Source of the DNA: Octopus sinensis
Lineage: Eukaryota
Direction: 5' to 3'
Length of the DNA: 64,000 bases
Assembly (NCBI RefSeq): GCF_006345805.1
Contig: NC_043018.1
Location: forward strand, 18,414,001 to 18,478,000
Both the position numbers and the translations under genes were made by a program. This document shows positions 12,618-26,484 of the stretch, piece after piece. The notes below the pieces were generated by a model, which was not told where the DNA came from, did not search any database, and saw only the letters and a program-made list of their open reading frames with translations. Each line of letters begins with the position of its first letter. The first letter of the stretch is position 1.

Positions 12618-13553
12618 CCATGCTACATGGCAGTGAAACATGGGCCGTGACTGCTGAGGATATGCGTAAGCTCACAAGAAATGAAGCCAGTATGCTCCGA
12701 TGGATGTGTAATGTCAGTACTCACACTCGGCAGAGTGTAAGTACCTTGAGAGAAAAGCTGGACCTAAGAAGCATCAGTTGTGGTGTGCAAGAGAGACGTT
12801 TGCGCTGGTATGGTCATGTGGCGAGAATGGATGAAGATAGTTGTGTGAAAAAGTGCCATACCCTAGCGTTGAGGGAACCTGCGGAAGAGGCAGACCCAGG
12901 AAAACATGGACGAGGTGGTGAAGCACGACCTTCGAACTTTAGGTCTCACTGAGGAAATGACTAGAGACCGAGACCTCTGGAAGTGTGCTGTGCGCGAGAA
13001 GACCCGGCAGGACAAGTGAGTCCATAACCCGTGGCCTTCTACATGGGATGGAGCCAGCCTACGTATGCATACCTTCCCTTCTTGGGACACAAAACTCTAC
13101 TTGTGAAGACCTGTTGAGGCAAGTGAGGATCAGAATCGAAATCGATCAATGGAAATTGCAGATGTGTTACCAGTGCCAGTGGCATGTAAGAGAACCTTCT
13201 GTTTCGCGACCGTTGCCAGCACCGCCCCGACTGGCCTCGTGCCGGTGGCACGTAAAAAGCACCATCCGTTCGTGTCCGTTGCCAGCCTTGCCTGGCCCTC
13301 GTGCCGGTGGCACATAAAAAGCACCATCCGTTCGTGGCCGTTTGCCAGCTCTGTCTGGCACCTGTGCGGGTGGCACGTAAAAAGCACCCACTACACTCAC
13401 GGAGTGGTTGGCATTAGGAAGGGCATCAGCCGTAGAAACACTGCCAGATTTGACTTATCCTGATGAAGCCTTCTGGCTTCACAGACCCCAGTAGAACCGT
13501 CCAACCCATGCTAGCATGGAAAACGGACGCTAAACGATGATGATGATGATGAT
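12614..13553 (+). mobile_element. 5'-truncated RTE-clade LINE (RT C-terminus, 3' UTR and (GAT)n tail) inserted in (TA)n
   Basis: TAMLHGSETWAVTAEDMRKL..SMLRWMCNV..VQERRLRWYGHVARM, then frameshifts, about 61-bp UTR repeats and the tail aaacggacgctaaac(gat)n. Confidence 0.93.
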
Positions 13554-13690
13554 ATATATATATATGTATATATATGTATACACACACACACAAACACATA
13601 TACATATATATTTGTGTGTGCGTTTTTGTGTTTGCATGTGTGTTCCCACACCACCTTCTTATTCGCAAAGCTCTAATTCCTTATCATAGC

Positions 13691-13721
<31 letters not shown>

Positions 13722-13734
13722 GGATATGTAAAAA

Positions 13735-13995
13735 AATACAAACTGGGACAAGAAAGAAAAACATTTAGAGGACGATACAAAAAACACGGACGGGACATTC
13801 GAAGCCTTCAATCTTCAGTCAAGAACCGGATCATCCTTGCAATTTCGGTTGATTAATCTTGAGATTGCTCCGACCTGGCCAGCCCCAAAGGAAAATCTAA
13901 GCCAAGCACATTAGATTCCTTGGAAGAAAGCCTCAAATGTATACAAAACAAGGACGGGAAAACGGACGATGTTACACGAATAAGAATACAAAAAT
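13735..13995 (-). mobile_element. Retroelement terminal fragment (probably Penelope-like); second copy at 19455-19600 (+)
   Basis: Two near-identical copies in opposite orientation, each next to a simple repeat. The classification is inferred. Confidence 0.45.
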
Positions 13996-15910
13996 ACGTA
14001 AAAAGAATAATGATAATAATAATAACAGATTTTTTGCTATGCTATTACTGTCTAGCTTCCTGCTTACCTCACTTAATCTTTCACTGCAGCATTATATATC
14101 TGTATGACACTTTGAGCTGCTGCTCCGGCCCTCCTTCCTGGTAACCTCGATGCACTTCCCTTGCTGCAGCTGCAGCCTCTATTGCTGCAGCTGCATCTAT
14201 AAATGCAATTTTTAAGGTATTGTACCTATCCACCTTTCTGATCGACTTCCTGATACTTTTTTTTTTATTTTACCTTGCTTTTCTAGTTTCATATCCTTTT
14301 ATGTCATCCACTTTTGTTTAGCCATCTGGCTTTTGACCAAATCAACTTTCAAGTTCAGTTTTTTTCCCCTCCGCTTTTTGTCACTCTCACCATGAAAAAT
14401 ATGAATGATGAAATATATTCAAAACTCCATCATCGCAAATCGACTCTTTCATTCTTCTGAACCTTATATTGATTGATTTTTTATTGACACAGGCCATTAC
14501 AACTTCCTATGAAATATAAGAAACCATTAGGAATGGATACAGCTTATGTGATCACCTTGATCGTGAATGAACACAAGAAATTCATTTGTCTTCTGCATAG
14601 TAAATGTTAATATTGTAAAGGTAGAAGCGAATTGTGACAAAGCAAAACAGCAAGTGAAAAAAGTAAGATTTTTAGCACAAAAGCAATGAAGCACATTACA
14701 GATGCACAAAAAATTGTTAATGAGAGCTGATAAAAAGGTAATCAACAATGCAGTTTATGTATCACTGAAAAATGACAAAGCATAACAAGTTGAGTGTTTT
14801 TTTTATAACTTTGTATAATGGAAAGAACGTGGGTTTAACTGAGGGTACATTCTATTCTAAGTCATGTGAGAATATTGCACACTACACAGAGAGCCAAATG
14901 TGACAGATAAAGGTGAAAGACCTAATTTATAAACAATTTTAAAATGTTTAATATGGTTGATACATCTCCTCTCATTAATAGCAGACTCTTGTAGTTGTGT
15001 ATTTGCAATCAATTGTTGCTAAGTTTTCTCATCCTGTATCACTGCAAAGTAACTAAAGGAGTAGCAGCAGCAGCAGCAGTTATGTCAGGGCTAAAAAGAT
15101 CAGGGGTCATAAAAGTATTTCTTGATGGTTTTCTTAAAGCGTCTATTTCAATCCCATAAGGATTCTTGGGTTTAATTCCTGGTTACGACCCGTTACCAAA
15201 TATCAAGTTACCAAAACACATTTCCATCATTGGTGTCAGAGGGAAAATTTTGCTGTCATTCTTCTCTTTGTTGAGGTTATCTTGGGAACAATTCACTAGA
15301 AATGTCCATTCCAATATGCATGATGGAGTTGCAAGCAAGCAGGCAAATCGAAAAGATAAAAAAAGAAAGAGCCAGAGAGAAAGAAAAAAATAGCAAGAAA
15401 ACTAGAGAACAAAAAGAAGTCTTATACATATATATATATATATATATGTGTATGTATATGAAAGGGAGAGAGGAAAAGGGAAAGAGGTAGAGAGAGAGAG
15501 AGACAGTCAGAGATAAATAGACTAAGAGACAGTGAGACAGGCAGAGACAGACATATTTTATCTGAGCGTTAACTGTTATAGTGGTGGATGTTGTGGTGTA
15601 TCCCTACTGCTTCCAGTCATGAGTAAAAACAATGGGCAAAGTTGAAAGAAACAGTAATAAAAAAAGAAAATGAAAAGGGAAGAAAAAAATACGGCAAAAA
15701 ATAAAAAAGCAGCTGCAATGAATGAGAGTTAGAAAGAAAGAAAGAAAGAAGGAAAGAAAAAAAGAAAAAAACTTCATTCAATTTCCTGCTTTCCGTGTAA
15801 AGAATTTAATTTTATCTGAAACATTTAACATCTCATTAATCAAAACTTATATTGATGCACACACACACAGCCACACATGCATGTATATACACACATACAT
15901 ACATATACAC

Positions 15911-16013
<103 letters not shown>

Positions 16014-16199
16014 CACACACACACTCATACACACTAACAGACACACACACATATAGATGCATGCTCACATAAATGCACACACACACCACACACACACACA
16101 CACATACATGGAAAAACAAGAACAGCCCCAATAAAAGAGAATGACAATAGACTCTAGAAACATTAAACTTTTAACACATTTTTCTTGTGTATTTATGTA

Positions 16200-16413
16200 T
16201 CATCATCATCATCATCGTTTAACGTCCGTTTTCCATGCTGGCATGGGTTGGACGGTTTGACTGAAGACTGGTGAGCCAGAGGCTGCACCTGGCTCAATCT
16301 GATCTGGCAAGGTTTCTACAGCTGGATGCCCTGCGTAACGCCAACCACTCTGAGACTGTAGTGGGTGCTTTTACAAACTTTTAACACATTTTTCTTGTGT
16401 ATGTATATATCAA

Positions 16414-16444
<31 letters not shown>

Positions 16445-16850
16445 GTTTAACGTCCGTTTTCCATGCTGGCATGGGTTGGACGGTTTGACTAAAGACTGGT
16501 GAGCCAGAGGCTGCACCTGGCTCAATCTGATCTGGCAAGGCTTCTACAGCTGGATGCCCTTCCTAACGCCAACCACTCTGAGAGTGTAGTGGGTGTTTTT
16601 ACATGACACCGGCACGAGGGCCAGTCAGGTAGTTCTGGCAATGACCACGCTCAAAAGGTGTTTTTTATGTGCTACCTACACTGGAGCCAGTCCAGTGGCA
16701 CTGGCAACGACCATGCTCAAATGTTGTTTTTCACATACCCCCGGTACATGTGCTAGTAAGGTGATGCTGGCAATGATCCCGCTCAAATGGTACTTTTCAT
16801 GTGCCACCTCAGAGATTGATACTCGTGTGCAAGATGTAGTGGTAGTCTAA
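16200..16850 (-). mobile_element. Two RTE 3'-end fragments within a 210-bp tandem duplication
   Basis: The (cat)n-cgtttaacgtccgttttccatgc tail occurs twice; the flank aaacttttaacacatttttcttgtgtat is repeated at 16165 and 16375. Confidence 0.8.
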
Positions 16851-16864
16851 CCCTGCTTGCAATA

Positions 16865-17260
16865 CTCTCTTTACTCTTTTACTCTTTTTACTTGTTTCAG
16901 TCATATGACTGCGGCCATGCTGGAGCACCGCCTTTAGTCGAGGAACTTATTCTTTGTAAGCCCAATACTTATTCTATCGGTCACTTTTGCCGAACCTCTA
17001 AGTGACGGGGACGTAAACACACCAACATCGGTTGTCAAGCAATGCTAGGGGGACAAACATAGACACACAAACACACACAAGCATATATATATATACATAT
17101 ATACAATGGGCTTCTTTCAGTTTCCGTCTACCAAATCCACTCACAAGACATTGGTTGGCCCGGGGCTATAGCAGAAGACACTTGCCCAAGATGCCACTCA
17201 GTGGGACTGAACCAGGAACCATGTGGCTGGTTAGCAAGCTGCTTACCACACAGCCACTCC
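16865..17260 (-). mobile_element. SINE family A, full length
   Basis: Homologous to 581-985. Confidence 0.88.
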
Positions 17261-17395
17261 CAATATATACTGTTAGTGAAAGAACCAGCCTTAGTAATGA
17301 ATGCCAAATTAGTACAACCGACATGAATTGGTTGTGTTGTTTAGAATACCTTACATTACAATGAGCATCTCAAGAAATCATCTCATGTGGATGTG

Positions 17396-17764
17396 GAAGC
17401 ACTTCGTCGGTTACAATGACGAGGGTTCCGGTTGATCTGAATCAATGGAACAGCCTGCTCGTGAAATTAACGTGTAAGTGGCTGAGCACTCCACAGACAC
17501 GTGTACCCTTAACGTAGTTCTCGGGGATATTCAGCATGACACAGAGAGTGACAAGGCCAGCCCTTTGAAATACAGGTACAACAGAAACAGGAAGTAAGGG
17601 TGAGAGAAAGTTGTGGTGAAAGAGTACAGCAGGGATCACCACCATCCCCTGCCGGAGCCTCGTGGAGCTTTAGGTGTTTTCGCTCAATAAACACTCACAA
17701 CGCTCGGTCTGGGAATCAAAACCGCGATCCTATGACCACGAGTCCGCTGCCCTAACCACTGGGC
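17396..17764 (-). mobile_element. tRNA-derived SINE family C (central domain reminiscent of Deu/Nin type)
   Basis: Head CCCAGTGGTTAGGGCAGCGGACTC, B-box GGTTTTGATTCC, core GTGGAGTGCTCAGCCACTTACACGTTAA. Second copy at 53668-54044. Confidence 0.8.
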
Positions 17765-18092
17765 TAAAAAACACAAACTGTATCAGCTGATGAAATTCCC
17801 ATCAGCATCTGTGTCACATGATTTCGCCATAAAGTGTGGATCATTAGCTGAGCACTGTATGCCAGAATGAAAAATCAGTCAACCTGATATGGTATAACAC
17901 AGACAAAACCACCAGTGATGCCACATGAAGTTAGCAGGCTGTGAATAAACTAGCAATTAGGGAATACATCCAATTTAGGTTGTATGCACTAATTAAGATC
18001 TATCTATCTATCTATCTATCTATCTCTATCTATCTATCTATCCATCTATCTACCTATCTATCCATCTATCTATCTATCTATCTATCTATATC

Positions 18093-18125
<33 letters not shown>

Positions 18126-18126
18126 A

Positions 18127-18173
<47 letters not shown>

Positions 18174-18175
<2 letters not shown>

Positions 18176-19295
18176 ATCATCATCATCATCATCGTTTAGC
18201 GTCTGTTTTCCATGCTAGCATGGGTTGGACGGGTCAACTGGGGTCTGTGAAGCTGGAAGGCTTCGTCAGGCCCAGTCAGATCTGGCAATGTTTCTACGGC
18301 TGGATGCCCTTCCTAACGCCAACCACTCCGCGAGTGTAGTGGGTGTTTTTTTACGTGCCACCTGCACAGGTGCCAGACAGAGCTGGCGAACGGCCACGAA
18401 CGGATGGTGCTTTTACGTGTCACCGGCACGGGGCCAGGCGATGCTGGCAACGGACACGAACGGATGGTGCTTTTACGTGCCACCGACACGGGGCCAGACA
18501 GAGCTGGCAACCGGCCACGAACGGACGGTGCTTTTACGTGTCACCGGCACGGGGGCCAGCCGAGGCTGGCAACGGACGCGAACGGATGGTGCTTTTACGT
18601 GCCACCGACACGGGGCCAGACAGAGCTGGCAAACGGCCACGAACGGATGGTGCTTTTACGTGTCACCGGCACGGGGGCCAGCCGAGGCTGGCAACGGACG
18701 CGAACAGATGGTGCTTTTACGTGCCACTGACACGGTTGCCAGACAGAGCTGGCAAACGGCCATGAGCGACGGTGCTTTTACGTGTCACCGGCACGGGGGC
18801 CAGCCGAGGCTGGCAACGGACACGGACGGATGGTGCTTTTACGTGCCACCGACACGGGGCCAGACAGAGCTGGTAAACGGCCACGAACGGATGGTGCTTT
18901 TACATGCCACCGACACGGGGCCAGACAGAGCTGGCCAACGGCCACGAACGGACGGTGCTTTTACGTGTCACCGGCACGGGGCCAGGCTAGGCTGGCAACG
19001 AACACGAACGGATGGTGCTTTTACGTGCCACCGACACGGGGCCAGGCAGAGCTGGCAAACGGCCATGAGCGAATGGTGCTTTTACGTATCACCGGCACGG
19101 GTGCCAGACGAGGCTGACAGCGGACACGAACAGATGGGTCACTTAACCCCTGCTTTCTGATATATGATTTGATTTTGATTGTTCTCACTGGTCTTGCCGG
19201 GTCTTCTCACGCACAGCATACTTCCATAGGTCTCGGTCTCTGGTCATTTCCTTAGTGAGACCTAGAGTTCGAAGGTCGTGCTTCACCACCTCGAC
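18174..19295 (-). mobile_element. RTE-clade LINE 3' end with an expanded minisatellite of about 61 bp (about 13 units), inserted in (TCTA)n
   Basis: Same family as 12614-13553; RT C-terminal piece at about 19150-19295; alternating units 18343-19130. Confidence 0.9.
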
Positions 19296-19299
19296 CATC

Positions 19300-19458
<159 letters not shown>

Positions 19459-21008
19459 ATCAGCCGAAATTGCTAGGATGATCCGGTTCTTGACTGAAGA
19501 TTGAAGGCTTCGAATGTCCCGTCCGTGTTTTTTGTATCGTCTCCTAAATGTGTTACGTTCTTGTCCCAGTTTGTATTTTTCTACATATTTATACATATAT
19601 ATATATCCTCGTTTAATGTCCGTTTTCCATGCATGCATGGATAGGACAATGTGTGTGGTATTTGTGAGGTGTAGTTTATTGATCATGATAACACAGAACC
19701 AATGTTTAGAACATTGTGTGTTTGGTTATACTTTCAAAAAAATTCACATACAAAGAGCAAATGAGTTATTATTCCAAGTTTGTTACTGTCGTTCCATTAT
19801 ATTTTGAACACAGAGTACAAATATAAAACAAATGTGGAGATGAATTTTTATGTTCATTCAATATATTCCTATTTGTATTTCATTAACAATGATATTTTAT
19901 ATAATGAAATAATCTTTATACTGATTACACTATCAAATCATCAGAGATTACATCAGAAACTTTTTAAAAACTCTAGTTATATAAAGGCTTTCAGACAGAG
20001 CAACAAACATGATGGTGTCAATAAAGATAATAGGTGTGTTGAGATTTGTCAAATAAAGTGCTCAGATTCTAAAATGACAAATGTGGAAATATTTTTCATA
20101 TCAAAATTGAGAAGGGACTAAAGCAAATTTTGCTGCCATTAAGTCTGTCTAAATGGGCAGAGACAAATCTACAGATCAGATATCAAAGTATGTGGCGATT
20201 CGTTAATATATTTTATTCTCATTTATGGGTAGTGGGCAATTACCATTTATCTTCACAGACACAGGATTACTTTTAGAAACCCCCACCCCCTAGATATATG
20301 TACATATCAGTGTTTTGAAATGGACACCAAGCATTAACATATTTATATATACATACAAATATATATGTATACACACATAAATGTAAAGGTATGCATAGGC
20401 ATAATTATATATGTATACACACAGACCCATCTAGATTTATACATAAACATATATACATGTGTGTGTGTGTGTGTGTGTGTGTGGATTTGGATCCTTTTTA
20501 CTTACAATGTGCATGCACACACACACACACATACATACACGAGGGTGAGAGATAAATAGATAGATAGATAGATAGACAGAGAGAGGGAGAGAGAAAGATA
20601 CTCAGTATTAGCAGACAGCTACATTGCTTTAAAATGTTGACGTATTCACTACTAAATCTTTGGATAACCAACAATGAATTTACTTCAATATGGAAATGTA
20701 TGTAGTTAATATAAGCTCATTAGTGATTCAACGGTTAACCTTTCTCAGCTTTGTATAATGAGGAGCAGAGTTCACTACAAGGAAGAACACACAGCGACTC
20801 ACAAACAATTGGGGTCGAAGGGAGTCACAGAGTTGAATGTGAATGGCTCCAAAGACATTTATTAGAAATGTAAGCATACACACACACCACACATGCATGT
20901 TAAAGTTCACATATACATATATATGTTTATATGCATATACATGAGAGCATGAATATATATATATATACAGACATATATATAATATATTTATGTATGTGTT
21001 AGTATAAA

Positions 21009-21046
<38 letters not shown>

Positions 21047-21179
21047 TTATAAGGGTGAGAGAATTAGATACTAATTTAATAGTATATCTATTCACACCAG
21101 TGGCCTAGTGCTCCGAGAGATTAACTAGTGCTAGAGTGAGCCATATAGTGACCACTCTCTTATATTTATTTTATATTAT

Positions 21180-21220
<41 letters not shown>

Positions 21221-21308
21221 TATATAACAACATATATATATACATATATAATTACATACATACATATATAATACATATATATATATATACATATAATATA
21301 TACATATC

Positions 21309-21340
<32 letters not shown>

Positions 21341-21420
21341 GCATATATATATATACATATATAATATACATATTATATATATACACACATATATATATTT
21401 ACATACACACATATATACAC

Positions 21421-21453
<33 letters not shown>

Positions 21454-22229
21454 TATATATATGTATATAAGTTCAGCAAAAATTTAGATTCAAATGAATA
21501 TGGTACTTAAGTTAGATGCACCAGAATTTTGTATGGTGTTATCCATATAAATCCATGGGGCGATTATAATCAAAATAAGCAACAAGAATAACTCCGGTAA
21601 TTTGGTACAATCGTTTCGCACTACATCATTTTATTAAAGGTTGTAAGTATTACAACAGTTTTAAAATACTGACCACTCATCAGCCATTAATAGAGGTTTT
21701 CCATTAATACATAGTTTTCATATCAAGTGGTAACATTATACAGAAGGTAGATATATAGACAAAAATGTGGAATTAAATTTTAAGAACATTTGAGGTAGTG
21801 GAGCCCATCAGCTGACTGACTAAAATTCAGTTGTTTTTTTTTTGATTTTTTTTGTTCTTTCCTCTCAGAACCTTACAGTAGTCTGGAACAACCTATATAT
21901 AGATTTACAAAATATATGGTGTTAAGTGGACCCACAACTGGGTGTCACAGCAAGTTAATTTTCTTCTTCTTCTTCAATTACCATTTAGTGTCTATAGACC
22001 AATAAATTGACAGCTGACAAGCCATCTTCTGCTTCACTGAAAATGAGCTGCTCCATTACTATCAAAAATCCAGTCACCTTTAGTGTGTGTGTGTGTATAA
22101 TTTTAGTCTGATGAAAGTAAGCAAGTAGAAACTTCTAAAAAGTAAAGAGTGATCATTTAGTTTAATGTTAAACTGTTTTTTATATATGACTTGATATAAA
22201 CAGACATGTGACCTCGTGAGCACCACCAG

Positions 22230-22420
22230 TAATTATTTTTCCTCTATCTTCCCTTCTCGGGATCTTTCCTTCTCCTTTGTTTCCGACGAAGAGCTCCGCT
22301 CGAAACGTTAAACCCTCCTTCTTCCCTTCTTTCCTGAGCGTCCAATAATACTATATTTGTTCCACGTCCTCGCGTTGCTGCGTTTTTTTGTGTTTTCTTG
22401 TTTGGATTAACTTTATATAT
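22230..22420 (+). mobile_element. Penelope-like terminal fragment containing a hammerhead motif
   Basis: Pyrimidine-rich segment with a hammerhead motif, ending in (TA)n. Confidence 0.55.
22279..22313 (+). ncRNA. Minimal type I hammerhead ribozyme motif, non-canonical (CCGACGA)
   Basis: GTTT-CCGACGA-A-GAGC(tcc)GCTC-GAAAC-GTT^AAAC. Stem I is GTTT/AAAC, stem II is GAGC/GCTC, stem III is the palindromic ACGT. Confidence 0.65.
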
Positions 22421-22869
22421 ATATATATAAATGTGTGTGTGTGTAGAACAAATTAGCTTGTTAGAAAATTTCTGTAAGAGATGAAAGTAGTAACTCTACT
22501 GAAAATTAATGCTTATCACCACTTAAACATGGCCGTTCTGTAGGAAACGATGTTACGCCTAGTTTTAAAAGCAGGAGAACACCTCCACCAGCTGGTGCAT
22601 CTGATATATATATTGCTGAGAGGGAGAGGGAGAGGATGACATCTGCATAGAGGTGTTTAGGTTTGGTATTGCTCAAAAAAGTCGTTTCTGTGTTTATGAG
22701 CCATAACATAGCAGTGTGACAAATAGAAATCAATTTAATCCGTACCAGGCTGCAGTAAATGATGCAGTTAATGGGATTTGCTAAAATCTACGTCAATGTG
22801 GTGGCCCATTATGGCTGCAGTCCGATGATGACCAAAACAAACAAAAGGGTAAAGAGCAAATTATAACAT

Positions 22870-23235
22870 TGTGGCTGTGTAGTAAGAAGCTTGTTTCCCG
22901 ACTGCGTGGTTCCAGGTTCAATCCCACTGCATGGCACCATGGACAAGTGTCTTCTACTATAGTCACAGCTTGAGAAAAAGCCTTGCGGGTGGATTTGGTA
23001 AACAGAAACCGAAAAAGGAATATGTGTGTGTGTGTGTCTTTCTTTCCATGTTAGTCCCCTATGAACTCTTCACAACCGGTGTTGGTGTGTTTATGTTTTC
23101 ATAACTTGATCGTCTGGCATCACATACCAGTACAATAAGTACCGGACTTAACAGATAAATACTGGGGTCAATTTCCTTGGCTAGAATTCTTCTAGGTGGT
23201 ACCCCAGCATGGCCACAGTCAAATGACTAGAACAG
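22870..23235 (+). mobile_element. SINE family A, diverged
   Basis: Head tggctgtgtagtaag, B-box ggttcaatccc and tail present. Confidence 0.8.
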
Positions 23236-23339
23236 ATACACACACACACACATACACACACACACGTATATATATATATATAAATTATAAATATTGTGCC
23301 ACTATTTCCTACTTATATATATATATATGTTTAAATTAT

Positions 23340-23700
23340 ATCCCTTAAAGACCCTAATTATTTTCTAATCCTATCAATTTTTCATAAGTGAAGGTTCAAA
23401 ATGGCAAATAAAGCATCATCTCTACATAATGCCCCGCTAATATTTGGAAATTTCTCCTTAATAATTGATAATAAGAATAGCTCAACTATGGCAGTAATTT
23501 GGGTGGAATCAGAGGGTCCCATCATAACATCGAAAATATCAGAGATATCACTGTGGGTTCAATATTTTTCATTATACGAGATTAATGTTTTTCTGGCAGT
23601 TTGGATTATCTCTCTTTCCAAAGAAGAAATATTCTCAAACTTCCTTGCAAATGCCAATTCCTTATCTAAAAGATTCAGAAATATTGACCAACAATAATTA
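23340..23700 (-). pseudogene. Penelope-like reverse transcriptase fragment
   Basis: The minus frame reads LAFARKFENISSLEREIIQTARKTL..IFDVMMGPSDSTQITAIVELFLLSIIKEKFPNISGALCRDDALFA, matching the PLE DVTMGSxDG / YRDDGL motifs, with stops. Confidence 0.75.
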
Positions 23701-23863
23701 TTGAATGGCAAACTGTATAAAATAAGATTTTTCCTTTATTTTGAGTTGAACAAAACCATGTAATCACATCACCATATATATATATATATATATATTATAT
23801 TTATAGGAATATATTATATATATATATCTATATAATAGTATATATATATATATATATATATAT

Positions 23864-23907
<44 letters not shown>

Positions 23908-23954
23908 TATATATTATATATATATATACTCATATATATATATATATATATATA

Positions 23955-24001
<47 letters not shown>

Positions 24002-24747
24002 CATACACATATTTATTCAAAGATTATATATATATATATATATATAAATACATACATATACACCACACATACAGGTATACATACACAGATATATACCTTT
24101 ACATGTTTGGGTGTGTCTGCATGCGTGCATGTGTGTGTGTGTTTATATGAGTGATGTGACAGCTAAAATATCATCAATTAAAAATACATAACGATGCTTA
24201 TTCTGCCAAGCTGTGTCTCACAGAAATCGATGAAATAAGAAACGGACAAAGGTCTGTGACCAATAAAATTCCTTAACCCCCCCCCCCCCAGAAGATAGAG
24301 ATCCAACATGGCTGTACTTCAATGACTGAAACTAGGAAAAATATATAATAAAAAAAAAAAATACAAAAAAGACAAAAAATCAAAGAATACTAATTGATGA
24401 AGACAACTGGATTTGGCAATTTTCTGTCAATAATGGAACAGCGAGAGTTCACTGAAGCAGATCAAAACTTGACAGTTGTCAATTTATTGGTCTAAAGATA
24501 CTAAGTGTTAGTCGAAGAGGAAGAATTATGAACTTGGCATGGCATCCAGTTGTGGCTCCTATTAACACCAGGGACACCTCTGCTGGCGCCACCACTACAA
24601 CCTCTAACAGCATGTCACATACATTCATACACACACATGTACATACATGAATGTGTACATAGATACACATAGATACGAGCGTACATACACATATACATGT
24701 ACACATACACATACATACATGCATAAACATACACACATGTGTGTGTG

Positions 24748-24779
<32 letters not shown>

Positions 24780-24794
24780 CATATTATATATATT

Positions 24795-24825
<31 letters not shown>

Positions 24826-24839
24826 TACATTATATATAT

Positions 24840-24944
<105 letters not shown>

Positions 24945-24989
24945 TACACACACACACAGATATACACACACATATGTACATACAATGAT

Positions 24990-25162
24990 GTAGGTGCAGG
25001 AGTGGCTGTGTGGTAAGTAGCTTGCTTACAAACACATGGTTCCAGGTTCATTCCTACTGCATGGCACCTTGGGAAAGTGTCTTCTACTAAAGCCTTGGGT
25101 CGACCAAAGCCTTGTGAGTGGATTTGATAGACGGAAACTGAAAGAAGCCCGTCGTATATATG

Positions 25163-25194
<32 letters not shown>

Positions 25195-25400
25195 GATATA
25201 TATATATATATATATAATATAAATATATATGTATGTGTGCGTATATGTTTGTCCTGCCAAATCACTTGGCAACCAATGCTGGTGTGTTGGGACCGATAGA
25301 ATAAGTACTAGGCTTCCAAAGAATAAGTCCTGGGGTCGATTTGCTCGACTAAAGGCGGTGCTCCAGCATGGCCACAGTCAAATGACTGAAACAAGGGAAA
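24990..25400 (+). mobile_element. SINE family A
   Basis: Head ggtgcaggagtggctgtgtggtaag through to the tail. Confidence 0.85.
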
Positions 25401-25527
25401 GAGAAACAAAAAGGAGAAATGATGTGTGAGAAAATGGCCAAATATGCTGTTGTTATGGGGAAGATGTCATGTGCATCCTCATCACCATCATCATCACCAG
25501 CATTGCTGCCTCTGCCTCCACCACTAC

Positions 25528-26484
25528 GTATTTCTTTATTACCCCCAAGGAGCTAAACACAGAGGGGACAACAAGGACAGACAAGGTATCAGTCGATTAC
25601 ATCGACTCCAGTGCGTAACTGGTACTTAATTATCGACCCCGAAAGGATGAAAGGCAAAGTCGACCTCGGCGGAATTTGAACTAACACGTAACGGCAGACG
25701 AAATACCTATTCTTTATTACCCTCAGGGGTCTAAACACAGAGGGGAAACAAGGACAGACATAGGTATTCAGTCGATTACATCGACTCCAGTGCGTAACTG
25801 GTACTTAATTTATCGACCCCGAAAGGATGAAAGGCAAAGTCGACCTCGGCGGAATTTGAACTCACAACGTAACGGCAGACGAAATACCTATTTCTTTATT
25901 ACCCTCAAGGGGCTAAACACAGAGGGGACAAACAAGGACAGACATAGGTATTCAGTCGATTACATCGACTCCAGTGCGTAACTGGTACTTAATTTATCGA
26001 CCCCGAAAGGATGAAAGGCAAAGTCGACCTCGGCGGAATTTGAACTCACAACGTAACGGCAGACGAAATACCTATTCTTTATTACCCTCAAGGGGCTAAA
26101 CAGAGGGGACAAACAAGGACAGACATAGGTATTCAGTCGATTACATCGACTCCAGTGCGTAACTGGTACTTAATTTATCGACCCCGAAAGGATGAAAGGC
26201 AAAGTCGACCTCGGCGGAATTTGAACTCACAACGTAACGGCAGACGAAATACCTATTTCTTTATTACCCTCAAGGGGCTAAACACAGAGGGGACAAACAA
26301 GGACAGACATAGGTATTCAGTCGATTACATCGACTCCAGTGCGTAACTGGTACTTAATTTATTGACCCCGAAAGGATGAAAGGCAAAGTCGACCGTGGCG
26401 GAATTTGAACTCAGAACGTAACAGCAGCCGAAATACCGCTAAGCATTTCGCCCGGCGTGCTCATGTTTCTGCCAGCTCGCCGCC
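25528..26484 (-). mobile_element. SINE family B multimer: one head plus five units of about 182 bp
   Basis: Head at about 26440-26484, 11-bp TSD tccaccactac (25517-25527 and 26485-26495), and the same internal junction as the 10.8-kb array. Confidence 0.93.

Noticed and set aside
14070-14198. Minus-strand segment with good acceptor and GAG|gtaagc donor
   Set aside because: Stops occur in all three phases before the donor, and there is no similarity to INPP5F.
18225-19160. 311-aa repetitive ORF
   Set aside because: Antisense reading of an RTE 3' UTR minisatellite; the same text recurs in other repeat copies.
19490-19535. Hammerhead-like CTGAAGA..GAATGTC (also in the 13.8-kb copy)
   Set aside because: It lacks GAAA (has GAAT), and there is no adjacent stem I or valid stem III.
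21640-21690. Minus-strand CTGATGAG motif near a PLE-like end
   Set aside because: No closing stem II plus GAAA and no stem I pairing; at most a remnant.
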